DNA of 49,921 nt from Candidatus Poseidoniales archaeon (GCA_003602635.1 QQSJ01000014.1:1-49921); one strand, 5' to 3'; positions 36,351-45,928 are shown, counted from the first letter of the stretch. Made by a program: numbers and translations. Notes: generated from the letters alone by a model not told the origin.

Positions 36351-38213
36351 ATGCGACGAGGCGGCGGCGGTGGCGACATGATGTCGCCGGAGGACATCAA
36401 CGACCGGGTGGCCGTGATGGGCCGTCAATTGTGGCGTGTCGTTCCTTATGCGACCGCCTACCCGCGCCGTCTTGCGACCGGTATGCTCGCCAACGCGTGT
36501 GCCCGTGCTGCCGACCTCTTGCCGTTCATCGCCATCGGTTGGGCGGTGGATCACTTCACCTCCAACGCCATCGCTGGGCTGGGCCCTGTGGTCGACTTTG
36601 TCACGGCCTTTGACCAACCGGCCGTGGGCTACGGCGTGATCATCTTCGTTTCCTTCGTGATGCTGGCCGTGTTCCAAGGCATCTCTGAGTATTCGTGGCA
36701 AACCCTCGGCTACAAGATTCAACACGACCTTCGGATGGACGCCACCCGTTCGCTGATCGCGATGGAAGCCTCCTACTACGACTTGCGTCAAACCGGGCAG
36801 ATCATGTCCGTGCTGTCCTCGGACGTGAACCAGTTGGAGGACGTCGTTGCAGATTCCTCCACCTCGATCATCAGGATCGTGGTCACCTTCGGATTCGCGT
36901 TCCTCATTCTGCTGTCCATGTCGTGGAAGCTGGCCGCCGTGATTTTCGGACCCCTGACCCTCATCATCCCCCTCGTCTATTGGTTCTCCACGCGTGTCCA
37001 ACGCCGGTACAGGAAACAGCGGGAATCCACCGGCGGCATCACCTCGGTCCTCGAGAACCTCATCTCTGGCATCGCGGTCGTTCAGGCCTACAACGCACAA
37101 TCCTGGGAAGCAAACCGCGTCCAGCGTGAGTCCGGAGAATACCGGGACCAAGCCATCGGTGCCAGCCAAGACCGCAACCGCTTCCTTCCCGGGATTTACG
37201 CCATCGCTGGCGTGGCCTTTGGGTTGCTCACCGTGGCTGGGGGTCGCTTGGCCCAAGCCGGGGAGATCACCACAGGTGAGTTGGTGACCTTCCTGCTCAT
37301 CTCCACCCGGATGACGATGCCGCTGTTCATCTTCGGCATCCTTGTGAACCAACTCCAGCGGGGCGAAGCGGCGGCACGCCGTGTCTTCGCCGCCGTGGAC
37401 CTCGAACCGACCATCGTTGACGAGCCAGGTGCCGTGCCCCTCGAAGGTGGCATCCGTTCGGTGGAGTTCCGCAACGTCACCTTCGCCTATCCCTCCACCA
37501 CGCTTCCCGTCCTGTCCCGTATTTCCTTCAAGGTGGACGCCGGTGATTTCCTCGGCGTGATGGGTCACACCGGTGCGGGAAAAACCACCATCCTGAAGCT
37601 TCTGATGCGGTATTACACGCCAGACGAGGGTGAGGTGCTCATCAACGACCGACCGGTATCCTCGTTCACGTTGGATTCGGTTCGTGACGCCATTGGATTT
37701 GTGTCGCAGGAACCGTTCCTGTTCCACGGTACGGTGGAGGACAACGTGCGTTACAACATCAAGACCGACGCCGCCGGTGTCGAGGCTGCGCTGAAGACCG
37801 CAGGTGCATGGGATTTCGTTCAGGACCTTGAACAGGGCTTGTCCACGATGGTTGGTGACCGCGGCAGCAAATTGTCCGGGGGCCAGCGCGCTCGCGTCAG
37901 TTTGGCCCGAGCCGTGTTGAAGGAACCCAGTTTGCTCATTCTGGACGAAGCCAGCAGTGCGCTGGACGCAGAAACAGAACGCCGCATACAGGAGAACCTC
38001 CTGGCCACCAACGCCCAACGCGCGACCATCGCGGTGGCGCATCGCCTTTCCACAATCCGCAACGCCGACGAGATCCTCGCGATGGTCGACGGTGCCATCG
38101 TTGAGCGTGGAAAGCACGACGAATTGCTGGACGTGAACGGCGTGTACGCCAGCCAGTGGACCATCCAAACCGGCGATATGGGCGCTGAAGTCACGTCTGA
38201 TTCCGAAGAATGA
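36351..38213 (+). CDS. ABC exporter, fused permease/ATPase (MsbA/MdlB-like)
   Basis: Six-helix N-terminal half. Walker A GHTGAGKTT, signature LSGGQRARV, Walker B LLILDEASSALD. Start could also be the ATG at 36375. Confidence 0.9.
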   Translation: MRRGGGGGDMMSPEDINDRVAVMGRQLWRVVPYATAYPRRLATGMLANACARAADLLPFIAIGWAVDHFTSNAIAGLGPVVDFVTAFDQPAVGYGVIIFVSFVMLAVFQGISEYSWQTLGYKIQHDLRMDATRSLIAMEASYYDLRQTGQIMSVLSSDVNQLEDVVADSSTSIIRIVVTFGFAFLILLSMSWKLAAVIFGPLTLIIPLVYWFSTRVQRRYRKQRESTGGITSVLENLISGIAVVQAYNAQSWEANRVQRESGEYRDQAIGASQDRNRFLPGIYAIAGVAFGLLTVAGGRLAQAGEITTGELVTFLLISTRMTMPLFIFGILVNQLQRGEAAARRVFAAVDLEPTIVDEPGAVPLEGGIRSVEFRNVTFAYPSTTLPVLSRISFKVDAGDFLGVMGHTGAGKTTILKLLMRYYTPDEGEVLINDRPVSSFTLDSVRDAIGFVSQEPFLFHGTVEDNVRYNIKTDAAGVEAALKTAGAWDFVQDLEQGLSTMVGDRGSKLSGGQRARVSLARAVLKEPSLLILDEASSALDAETERRIQENLLATNAQRATIAVAHRLSTIRNADEILAMVDGAIVERGKHDELLDVNGVYASQWTIQTGDMGAEVTSDSEE

Positions 38214-38439
38214 TTCGATCGCCAAAGAGCGTCAAGGCGCTCAGCAAGGCGAAGATGGGCACGCCAATGACGATGGCCCAGACCGAGACGCTCATGCCCT
38301 GCCAAGACGCGTCTTCCATCGCTTCGGAGACGATGATCATGGTGATCAAATCGAGCACGGCAAGGCCACCAATGGCCGTTCGCAACGCGCTCCAAATCTC
38401 CTCTCCATCGGTCAAACGGGGTTCGCCGTCCTCCGTCAT
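38191..38439 (-). CDS. small hypothetical membrane protein (two predicted TM helices)
   Basis: 82 aa with an acidic N-terminus and two hydrophobic helices. Lies 39 nt downstream of the GT2 gene on the same strand and overlaps the ABC 3' end by 23 nt. Confidence 0.4.
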   Translation of the reverse strand: MTEDGEPRLTDGEEIWSALRTAIGGLAVLDLITMIIVSEAMEDASWQGMSVSVWAIVIGVPIFALLSALTLFGDRIILRNQT

Positions 38440-38478
38440 CAGAGGGCAGACGGTGTGGTCAAGACCAACAGGGTTGCG

Positions 38479-39741
38479 TCAAACGCTTCGTGTTCGGTCG
38501 TCAATTTGGCGCCCGACGCCTGCGGCGCCACCGGTGCGGCGAATTTCTCGCCACGCTTTGTTCACGCCTTGTCCGTAGGCCCAGTGGGCAAGGAACACGA
38601 AGAGAGGCGCAAGGGCGACCGTTCCGATGGAACGGTGAGGGCTCGTGCCCGTGGCCGCACCGAGCCAAGCGATGGCCACGTACAGGGCGGCGAGGCCCAA
38701 GGTGCCATGGAAGGCGATGCGAGGCAGGTCCCATGCACCGGCGAGGCTGAACCACAATTCTGGCGCGGCCCCGCCCAAGGCGGCTCCCGCCAGCATGGCG
38801 AGGGCCGAAGCCACGACAAGCCAAGGGAACAAACCCACCGCGGTGTGTGACCATGCAGCGATTTCCGGCCATCGTTTGTTGGCGACCATCCGGGTGTAGC
38901 CGTAATTTCGCATTTGCTTCATGTACGGCTTGAACGGGCGACGCCGTCGGTGCGGCATGACGTTGGACGGATCCATGAACAGCTTGTGGCCTGCTCGCTG
39001 AATCTTGGCGTCCAGCACCACGTCCTCTGCCCCAATGCAGCCGGATTCGAAGAAACCGACTTCCCTGAGGTTGGCCATCCGGTGAGCGCAGTTCACGCCT
39101 GGGTTGTGGCTGATGGGAACCAACTCGCCTTTCGGGCGTGCACCGTATCGGGTGCCTGCGGTCATGAAGCGCGTACAGAACGCCACGTCAGCACATTTGG
39201 CCCCGAACGGGTCGTGATCCGGAGCAAAGTTTGGGCCGCCCACGCCACCGACGTCGGGGTCGGCGAACCAGCGGACGAGGTTTTCCACCCAATCGATGGG
39301 CGGAACGGTATCGTCGTCGGTGAAGAGCACGAGGTCGTGGTCCATGGTCTGGAGGGCCTTGGTGCACGCGTCGGCACGGTTGGTTGAATCGTCATCGAAC
39401 CATGTGACGCCGTGTTTTTCGCAGACCTCACGGGTGTGGTCGTGGGATTTTGAGTCCGAGACCACGATCTCGTAGGAGGGGTAGGTTTGGCGCATCAGGC
39501 GGCCGAGCACGCCGTCCAATTCGTCGGCGTTGTTGATGGTCGGCACCAAAATGGCCACGCGGTACGGTTGACCGTCCGGCCCCGTGACCGGCTCGGCGCT
39601 TCCGATGCGGGCCTCGTCGTCGTCCACGCTTCGCCGTGGTGCTTCCCCTCTTAGAATTGCGGCCTGCTTCGCAGCACTCCGCGCCTGCGCCCGGTGATGT
39701 TCATAAGCCGTCGAAGGAGGAGGCAAAACAGGTGCTAGCAT
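38479..39741 (-). CDS. family-2 glycosyltransferase with C-terminal multi-TM domain
   Basis: GT-A signature VAILVPTINNADELDGVL...YEIVVSDSKSHD...LVLFTDDDTVPP (DxD), then several TM helices. Start uncertain: the ATG at 39741 overlaps the PCNA ATG; a GTG at 39627 would leave a 112-nt divergent intergenic region. Confidence 0.8.
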   Translation of the reverse strand: MLAPVLPPPSTAYEHHRAQARSAAKQAAILRGEAPRRSVDDDEARIGSAEPVTGPDGQPYRVAILVPTINNADELDGVLGRLMRQTYPSYEIVVSDSKSHDHTREVCEKHGVTWFDDDSTNRADACTKALQTMDHDLVLFTDDDTVPPIDWVENLVRWFADPDVGGVGGPNFAPDHDPFGAKCADVAFCTRFMTAGTRYGARPKGELVPISHNPGVNCAHRMANLREVGFFESGCIGAEDVVLDAKIQRAGHKLFMDPSNVMPHRRRRPFKPYMKQMRNYGYTRMVANKRWPEIAAWSHTAVGLFPWLVVASALAMLAGAALGGAAPELWFSLAGAWDLPRIAFHGTLGLAALYVAIAWLGAATGTSPHRSIGTVALAPLFVFLAHWAYGQGVNKAWREIRRTGGAAGVGRQIDDRTRSV

Positions 39742-40480
39742 GCTAAACGTCACTGCTCGACAAGAGCTCCTCTCCCGCATCGCCGATACCATCAGCATCG
39801 TGGTGGAAGAGGCCCGCTTCGATTTCAGCGAAAATGGCCTCAACATCCGCGTGGTGGACCCATCCCACGTGGCCATGGTCAAGCTCGACGTTGACGCCGT
39901 GGCGTTCGAGACCTGGGAAGTCGAAGACGCCATGGTGGGCCTTGAGATGAAGAAACTGAAGGAACTCATCAGCCTCGGCAGCGCCGACGACATCATTTCC
40001 ATGACCTACGATGGCAAGGGTGACGTGCTGATGAACCTCGGAAAAATCGACCGTAGTTCTCGTCCCTTGGACAACAACACCCTCAATCCCCCAAACCTCC
40101 CGAACCTCGACCTCCCCTGCAGCGTGACCATCCGTGGTTCAGAACTCGCTCAGGCTTTCCGTGCTGCGCGGCAAGTTGGCGATCTTGTGACCCTCTCCAT
40201 CGATCCGGAGAAGTTCACCATCCACGTCTCGGGACCCAACGATTCGGTGACGGTCGTCTATGGGCACGACGAACTGCAGGGCATCACGTGCGACAGCCCA
40301 GCGAAGTCGCAATACAGCCTCACCTACTTGGTGCCCCTTGGCAAGGTGTTCAACAGCATCGAAAGCGTCACCATCGCGTTTGGAGAGAACTTCCCGTTGG
40401 CGATGGACTTCACCTTCAGCGACGGCAGCGGGTCGGTCAAGTACTTCCTCGCGCCACGTGTTGAGCAAGAAGGATACTGA
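39740..40480 (+). CDS. pcn: DNA polymerase sliding clamp (PCNA)
   Basis: 246 aa. Typical archaeal PCNA N-terminus (...IVVEEARFDFSENGLNIRVVDPSHVAMVKLDV...), two-domain length, acidic composition. Confidence 0.9.
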   Translation: MLNVTARQELLSRIADTISIVVEEARFDFSENGLNIRVVDPSHVAMVKLDVDAVAFETWEVEDAMVGLEMKKLKELISLGSADDIISMTYDGKGDVLMNLGKIDRSSRPLDNNTLNPPNLPNLDLPCSVTIRGSELAQAFRAARQVGDLVTLSIDPEKFTIHVSGPNDSVTVVYGHDELQGITCDSPAKSQYSLTYLVPLGKVFNSIESVTIAFGENFPLAMDFTFSDGSGSVKYFLAPRVEQEGY

Positions 40481-40511
40481 ACCTCGATACCTTCTTGTCC
40501 GACCCGGGTGA

Positions 40512-41429
40512 ATGTTCCTTTGTGGAACGGAGCGTCACCCCATGAGCGACGCAACGTTCCTTCTCGAGGTTGGCTATTGGGTGACCCGCCCCCTCGCGCT
40601 CCTCATCGGGGTGTTGCTCATCACGATGCCCTACTTCACACGCGTGCGCGTGCATGCGCGCATGTCCGACGAGGCGTTCGCCAACGTTCACCGTGGTGCT
40701 CTTTGGGCGCAAACCGTCGGCCTCGGGGTGCTCGTCATCCTCTTCGGGTTTTTTCTCGCCGTGCTCTGGGACCTCATCCTGTACTACGGCGACGAACCTT
40801 CGCTGCTAACGCTGGCCATCGTTTTGGGGTTCATTGAGTTCCACCTCTTGGCACGTTGGCTCCAGTCCATCGCGCTCGGCTCACGTTGGCGCCGCCTCCG
40901 CCGAGGCCAACAATGGCAGCCAGCGCCAGTGACCCAGTACATCCTCGCCTATCCGGCCGTGTTCGCGCCCGGCTCAGTCCAACCCCACCCACCTCCCACC
41001 ATGATCGAGGGGCGGGGGCTGAATCCAGGATTGGATCCTTTGTCTCCGGTGCCGGCTGGAACGACCCCCGCCTCGTTCCAACAGGTGCTCGACGCCGTCC
41101 ATCGCCAGGTGTCCGAAGCGAACGCGCGCGCCGCGGCTTTGGAGGAGGAACTCTCGGAAACCCGGCGGCACGTCACTCGATTGGAACATGACCTCGTCGA
41201 ACGCCGTGCAGAAATCGTGTTGCTCGAAGCCGCACAGACCCGTTTCGAGGGGGACATGGAGCGACAGGCCTCGCGTGAAGACGGGAAGGGCTTGTCCATG
41301 CAGGATTCTGTCGTCGCCGGTGATGCTTTTGTCGGGTCAACGGTGATCGACCGTCAAATCGTCAACGACCCAGAAGCCATTGCCCGAGCGGTGCTGGATG
41401 CGTACCGTTCAGGCCGCGGTGAGTCGTGA
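40512..41429 (+). CDS. hypothetical membrane protein with C-terminal coiled-coil
   Basis: Three to four N-terminal TM helices, a Pro-rich linker, and a heptad-like segment (VSEANARAAALEEELSETRRHVTRLEHDLVERRAEIVLLEAAQ). Alternative ATG at 40542. Confidence 0.55.
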   Translation: MFLCGTERHPMSDATFLLEVGYWVTRPLALLIGVLLITMPYFTRVRVHARMSDEAFANVHRGALWAQTVGLGVLVILFGFFLAVLWDLILYYGDEPSLLTLAIVLGFIEFHLLARWLQSIALGSRWRRLRRGQQWQPAPVTQYILAYPAVFAPGSVQPHPPPTMIEGRGLNPGLDPLSPVPAGTTPASFQQVLDAVHRQVSEANARAAALEEELSETRRHVTRLEHDLVERRAEIVLLEAAQTRFEGDMERQASREDGKGLSMQDSVVAGDAFVGSTVIDRQIVNDPEAIARAVLDAYRSGRGES

Positions 41430-41783
41430 TCAGTACTCGCGCCAGCCGTGGTCGCATTCCTTGCAGGTGAGCATGCGCGTTTCCGGTTCATCGGAGGAGC
41501 GTGTTTGTTCGAGGTAGGAATACACCTCATCACAATCGCACTTTGGACAGAGGTAACTCCCCCTCGTCAGCACACCGCGCGCTTTGTCGGAATCCTTGAT
41601 CACTTCGTATTCCCGGTCAACGGCATTGGTTTTCGACTTCGCTTTGCTGAGGTCGACCTTCTTGCCGTCTGCACCTTTCACGACCAACTTTGCAGGGCCA
41701 GTGTAGCCGCACTTGTAGTTCGTGCATGCGATGTCGCCGGACGGAGAAGGGAAGGACAAGGTCCCGCACTTCGGACAGAACAT
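41430..41783 (-). CDS. tfs: transcription factor S (TFS / RNAP subunit M family)
   Basis: 117 aa. N-terminal Zn ribbon MFCPKCGT...CTNYKCGY. C-terminal Zn ribbon CPKCDCDEV...LTCKECDHGW with the acidic hairpin QTRSSDEPET. Confidence 0.9.
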   Translation of the reverse strand: MFCPKCGTLSFPSPSGDIACTNYKCGYTGPAKLVVKGADGKKVDLSKAKSKTNAVDREYEVIKDSDKARGVLTRGSYLCPKCDCDEVYSYLEQTRSSDEPETRMLTCKECDHGWREY

Positions 41784-41872
41784 GGAGAAAGCCCGACGTC
41801 CCGTCTCTTAGACACTTCGCCCTGTCAAGCAAGGGAGCGAAGGGTCTTGGCTCATGGCCTGCTCGTCGCAAC

Positions 41873-42877
41873 GTGCGCCTCTTCCACGATTGGTTCGTCG
41901 CGATCCTCGTCAACGAGGACGACGTGGAGGTCGATCGACTTCGGTGGACCGGCGGCGGTGGTGTGCAAGGGGCGGTTGAGCGGCTTGAACGCGTCACTCA
42001 AGGGCGGTTGACACCTGAAGCATCCCAGTTGCTCGAACGTTTCCCTGAAGCCACGGTCGAACCGATTGGCATGGGCATGTTGCCCGAGGTGAGTGCAGAA
42101 GACTTGGTGTTCCTCGACCAAGCGGCCATCCGGCTTGCAGAACGTGGGGTGGCCGATGCAGCCGGGGATTTGGACCGGCGGTTGGAGCACCTTCATCGCG
42201 CGATGGAAGAGGTGCGTCAATCGAGCAACGTGCGCCTCTCGCGCCTTGTTGAATGGCTTGGCCTGTTCCTCCCAGACCTCGATTTGGATCAAGACCGCCT
42301 CGGTACCGCGCGAGCGCTTGGTGAAGCGGATGATTTGGGTGGACTTGCCCGCCACCTCAACTTGAGCAACCCGCTTCACATGCCGGCGCGCTCCGAGTGG
42401 CGCAGCCTGAGGGACCACGGCGCGGCCGCGGTGGACGTTCAAGCCCGTCTCGACCGTCTGGAAGCCGCGTTACGGACCTTGGCTGAGGAGCACCTTCCGA
42501 GCCTCAGCCTCCTCGTAGGGCCAATGCTGGCGGCCCGCCTTTCCGTGGGCGCAGGCGGGCGCGATCGGTTGGCGCGGCTGCCCTCGAGCACCGTTCAGGT
42601 GCTCGGTGCGGAGAAGGCCTTCTTCGCCCACCTCAAGACCGGCTCGCCTCCGCCCAAACACGGCTTCCTGTTCGCGCATCCTTGGGTCATGCGTTCACCG
42701 CAATGGGTTCGCGGGAAGGTGGCCAGAACCTTGGCAGGCCGATGCAGCATCGCGGCCCGGCTCGACGCGTACGAAGGCACGCCGCTGACGGACGAGGACG
42801 TAGCGGAAGTGGAGGCGAAAGTCATGGCCATCAGGGCCGCCCACCCACGACCCCCATCCCGTTCCCGGGGGCGTTGA
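41873..42877 (+). CDS. nop5: C/D box snoRNP protein Nop5 (Nop56/58 family)
   Basis: Nop domain LPSSTVQVLGAEKAFFAHLKTGSPPPKHGFLFAHPWV. ORF-track start 41690 overlaps tfs, so the in-frame GTG at 41873 (VRLFHDWFVAILVNEDD...) was chosen. Confidence 0.8.
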   Translation: MRLFHDWFVAILVNEDDVEVDRLRWTGGGGVQGAVERLERVTQGRLTPEASQLLERFPEATVEPIGMGMLPEVSAEDLVFLDQAAIRLAERGVADAAGDLDRRLEHLHRAMEEVRQSSNVRLSRLVEWLGLFLPDLDLDQDRLGTARALGEADDLGGLARHLNLSNPLHMPARSEWRSLRDHGAAAVDVQARLDRLEAALRTLAEEHLPSLSLLVGPMLAARLSVGAGGRDRLARLPSSTVQVLGAEKAFFAHLKTGSPPPKHGFLFAHPWVMRSPQWVRGKVARTLAGRCSIAARLDAYEGTPLTDEDVAEVEAKVMAIRAAHPRPPSRSRGR

Positions 42878-42879
42878 GC

Positions 42880-43593
42880 ATGGGGCGTTCGTTTGGCAAG
42901 CCTCCCGGACGGAGGTTGACCGAGGCCGTGCGCATCGAACGAGCAGCGCCATGGACGTGGTCGGCGAACCCTCGTTCCTCCGTGTACGGTGAGACGCTTC
43001 GCAAGGCCAAAGACGGTGAATGGCGCCGTTGGGACCCGCGTCGTTCCAAGGTCTCCTCCGGTCTCTTGCGGACCGACGCTGCCCCCGAACGCCTCCTGCC
43101 AGCACCCGGATCGCACGTGCTCTACCTCGGCGCAGGGCACGGGACAACGGTAAGCCACATCCACGACGTTGTCTGCCACGGCCAAGCGCAAGGTCGCGTG
43201 GTGGCCGTCGACCATTCGCCCCGATGCTTGCGTGATTTAACCCGCCTTGCCCATGCACGCCCAGGCCTTGTCCCGGTGCTTGGTGACGCTCGGCGTCAAG
43301 AAGCGTGGCGCATGTGGCTGCCTCATGGGGCTTCATGGGTGTTCCAAGACGTGGCTCAAGCGCACCAAGCCTCAATTTTCACGGCCGCCTGCCAGCGCTT
43401 CCTCCTTCCCGGTGGGCGTGGGTTGCTCTCCCTGAAGGTCGAGAGCGACCGCGGCACGGATGCAGCAGCCTTGCGGGTCAAGGTCGAGGAGGAACTCGGT
43501 GCAGCAGAACTGGTGCTGGACGAAGTCATCGACCTCGAGGGCTTCGAGGACGATCATCTTCTCTTTGTCGTTGGGAGGTCAGAGCGTGCCTGA
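42880..43593 (+). CDS. flpA: fibrillarin-like rRNA/tRNA 2'-O-methyltransferase
   Basis: ATG at 42880, 2 nt after the nop5 stop. YGE..., WRRWDPRRSKVSSGL, VLYLGAGHGTTVSHIHDVV, VVAVDHSPRCLRDL, VPVLGDAR. 237 aa. Confidence 0.85.
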   Translation: MGRSFGKPPGRRLTEAVRIERAAPWTWSANPRSSVYGETLRKAKDGEWRRWDPRRSKVSSGLLRTDAAPERLLPAPGSHVLYLGAGHGTTVSHIHDVVCHGQAQGRVVAVDHSPRCLRDLTRLAHARPGLVPVLGDARRQEAWRMWLPHGASWVFQDVAQAHQASIFTAACQRFLLPGGRGLLSLKVESDRGTDAAALRVKVEEELGAAELVLDEVIDLEGFEDDHLLFVVGRSERA

Positions 43594-44515
43594 GCTTCCA
43601 GAAGTGGAGACCGTTCGTAGGGGTCTGGCAGAAGCATGGACCGGCCGACGCATTGCCTCCGTCGAACAGCGTCGGCCCGACCTCCGATTTCCTTTCCCTC
43701 CAGATCTTGAGGCGAGGCTCGAGGGCGCCACCGTCCGTGCCGTTCAACGGCGTGCCAAGCATCTGGTCGTCCACATGGACGACGGGCAAGTGATGCTCTC
43801 GCACCTTGGCATGTCAGGACGTTGGACCTTGCACCGTGCATCACAGGGAGAAACGCTCGGCGTCTATCACCGAACGGTGAACGCACCGGACGCCGAGGGT
43901 GGCTTGGGCAAGCATGACCACCTCGTCTTGCGTTTCGAAGACGGTCACGTGGCCGTGTACACCGACCCGCGTCGGTTTGGTTGGATTGAATTGCACCAAG
44001 GCATCGACGAGGTCCTCCGGGGCATGGCTCACATCGGGCCCGAACCCTTGGCCCTTGAGGGCACGATGGACGGCGCACCGCTGTGGAATCCGGAAGTGCT
44101 TGCAAAAGCGCTTGCAGGACGGCGAACGCCCCTCAAAACCGCCCTGCTTGACCAACGCATTGTCGCGGGATTGGGGAACATCTACGTTTGCGAAGCCTTG
44201 CATCGCGCCGGTCTCTCTCCGCGTCGCCAAAGCGGGACGCTTGTCCGCGGTGCCGATCAACCAACAGAACGGCTTGAAGCCCTCTGGGCGTCATGTTGTG
44301 ACGTGCTCAGTGAAGCGATTGAAGCCGGAGGGTCGACGCTCTCTGATTTCCGAGGCGTCGAAGGGGAATTGGGGTATTTCCCTCACAGTTTCCGGGTTTA
44401 CGACCGTGAAGGTCAGCCGTGCCCAGGAAGGGATGGCGTGTTCTGTGGTCAACCCGTTCAGCGCATCGTTCAATCAGGCCGTTCGACCTTCTTTTGTTCC
44501 GCTTGCCAGCGTTGA
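43586..44515 (+). CDS. mutM: formamidopyrimidine-DNA glycosylase (Fpg/MutM)
   Basis: The GTG at 43586 gives the canonical (M)PELPEVETVRRGL N-terminus and is preceded by GGGAGG 8 nt upstream. H2TH motif LLDQRIVAGLGNIYVCEALHRAGLSP. C-terminal Cys zinc finger ...FFCSACQR. Overlaps the fibrillarin 3' end by 8 nt. Confidence 0.85.
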   Translation: MPELPEVETVRRGLAEAWTGRRIASVEQRRPDLRFPFPPDLEARLEGATVRAVQRRAKHLVVHMDDGQVMLSHLGMSGRWTLHRASQGETLGVYHRTVNAPDAEGGLGKHDHLVLRFEDGHVAVYTDPRRFGWIELHQGIDEVLRGMAHIGPEPLALEGTMDGAPLWNPEVLAKALAGRRTPLKTALLDQRIVAGLGNIYVCEALHRAGLSPRRQSGTLVRGADQPTERLEALWASCCDVLSEAIEAGGSTLSDFRGVEGELGYFPHSFRVYDREGQPCPGRDGVFCGQPVQRIVQSGRSTFFCSACQR

Positions 44516-44533
44516 GCCAAAGCGTACGAAGGT

Positions 44534-44695
44534 TCATGCCTTCGCGGAGGCCAGCGTGGCGAGGTTGGCCACCATCCAGCATGACGCAGCTCCCAATTGC
44601 AACCAATCTCCTGTGGAGGACAACCCGTACACGAAGACGCTGATGATCCAGCACAAACTGGCGGCGGTTTGGCCGAGCCATTCGAAACTCATCAT
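44534..44695 (-). CDS. possible small (53 aa) two-TM membrane protein
   Basis: C-terminal part of ORF 44534..44938, from the ATG at 44695, 47 nt downstream of the oxidoreductase stop. Hydrophobic sequence (AASLCWIISVFVYGL, LGAASCWMVANLATLA). No other support. Confidence 0.25.
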   Translation of the reverse strand: MMSFEWLGQTAASLCWIISVFVYGLSSTGDWLQLGAASCWMVANLATLASAKA

Positions 44696-44742
44696 GGTCG
44701 CTTTGCGTGATCCCACGTGGCTTTCGGGGGCTTCGTTGCTGG

Positions 44743-45915
44743 TCAGCACGTCAAACACTCCTGGCCGCAACATGAGAGGTCGTCCAGGAACATGCCCCAG
44801 CCACGGTAGGCTTCGATGAATTCCTCGGTTTCCAAGCCGAGTGAGGAGGCGATGGCCGCAGCCACCACGCCAAACCGTTGCCGATATTTGTAGATGAAAC
44901 AGAAGTTTTCGTTGCCGTGACGGATGGCAGGCCCACACAGGTACATGCCGGGGTGGGTGGTGGATTCGTCCTGCTCGCTGAGTTCAGGAAAACCGTCCTG
45001 GCGCGAATCAAAGAGGTGGGACACGAAGGTGTGGCTTCCCTCAAATCCACCAGCAAACAAGGGCTGGGTTTTGGAGCGGAACACGTCGCCTTCTTCCGTG
45101 GTCAATTCGTACGTGCCGTCGGAGAAGGTCACCTGCTTGACGCCGGTGTTGGGGTGCAGGCTCACGTGTTCAGCGAAGCATGCATGCCGCGTGCGCTCGA
45201 TGGTGTAGGTCGCCAAGGCGATGCTTGGGTTTGAACTTCCTTCTCCCCAAGGGTCGCCTCGGTCAAAGACGTGGACGTTTTTCCCGTTGTCAGCAAGATG
45301 GTATGCTGCATCAACGCCGCTCTCGTACCCTCCGATGATCAGCACGTCGTCACCTTCCAATTCAGCGTAGGACGGCACGGTGGCCGTGTGGCGGCAAAGC
45401 TCGACGCCATCGAAGGCCGTGGTTTTGGGGTACTGGAATTCACCTGCAGCCCAAATGACGTTCTTGGCCATGAAACTCCCTTCATCAAAGTGCAAATGGA
45501 ACAGGTCACCGCTCTTTTCGATGGCGTTGACGTTTGTATGCTCCAGAATTGGAATCTCGAAGAAGGTCGAGATGTTGCGCAAATGTTGGGCGTATTGCTG
45601 ACCCGTCGGGTGCTCGACCTTCATGCTGAAGGCAGGAGAAACACCAACGGCGATGGAATTCAGGTCGAGCATACCGATCGAGTTGCTCGGGAAGGAGGGG
45701 GTGATGAAGCGGGTTTCAGCCGGCCACTTGTCGAAGGACGCACCGACGGTGTCGCGATCAACCACGAAGAACTTCTCCACACCGGCATGCATCAGCGCGA
45801 TGGCCGCGCCAATGCCTGCAGCGCCTGCTCCAACGACGATGGTGTCGTATTCCTGCGAGGGGTCGAGCGGGATGATTTCCTCAATCACTTCGGTGGATTC
45901 GTTGGCCATGACCAT
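44743..45915 (-). CDS. FAD/NAD(P)-binding oxidoreductase (flavin monooxygenase / pyridine nucleotide-disulfide oxidoreductase-like)
   Basis: Two dinucleotide-binding motifs: YDTIVVGAGAAGIGAAIAL and VLIIGGYESGVDAAYHLA. 390 aa with a Cys-rich C-terminus (CCGQECLTC). Confidence 0.8.
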   Translation of the reverse strand: MVMANESTEVIEEIIPLDPSQEYDTIVVGAGAAGIGAAIALMHAGVEKFFVVDRDTVGASFDKWPAETRFITPSFPSNSIGMLDLNSIAVGVSPAFSMKVEHPTGQQYAQHLRNISTFFEIPILEHTNVNAIEKSGDLFHLHFDEGSFMAKNVIWAAGEFQYPKTTAFDGVELCRHTATVPSYAELEGDDVLIIGGYESGVDAAYHLADNGKNVHVFDRGDPWGEGSSNPSIALATYTIERTRHACFAEHVSLHPNTGVKQVTFSDGTYELTTEEGDVFRSKTQPLFAGGFEGSHTFVSHLFDSRQDGFPELSEQDESTTHPGMYLCGPAIRHGNENFCFIYKYRQRFGVVAAAIASSLGLETEEFIEAYRGWGMFLDDLSCCGQECLTC

Positions 45916-45928
45916 GGCCCGCGGCCTG

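Noticed and set aside
36285-38225. 646-aa minus-strand ORF
   Set aside because: It is exactly antisense to the ABC transporter, which has unambiguous Walker A/B and signature motifs.
15777-43593. Long N-terminal extensions given by the ORF track (starts at 15777, 16343, 16926, 18539, 41690, 42682, 43460, and also 2651, 7103, 8902, 36400, 40002 on the minus strand)
   Set aside because: These extensions overlap the preceding gene and translate to basic nonsense. Internal starts give canonical N-termini (signal peptides, Rossmann motif, PELPEVE and others) and near-zero intergenic spacing.
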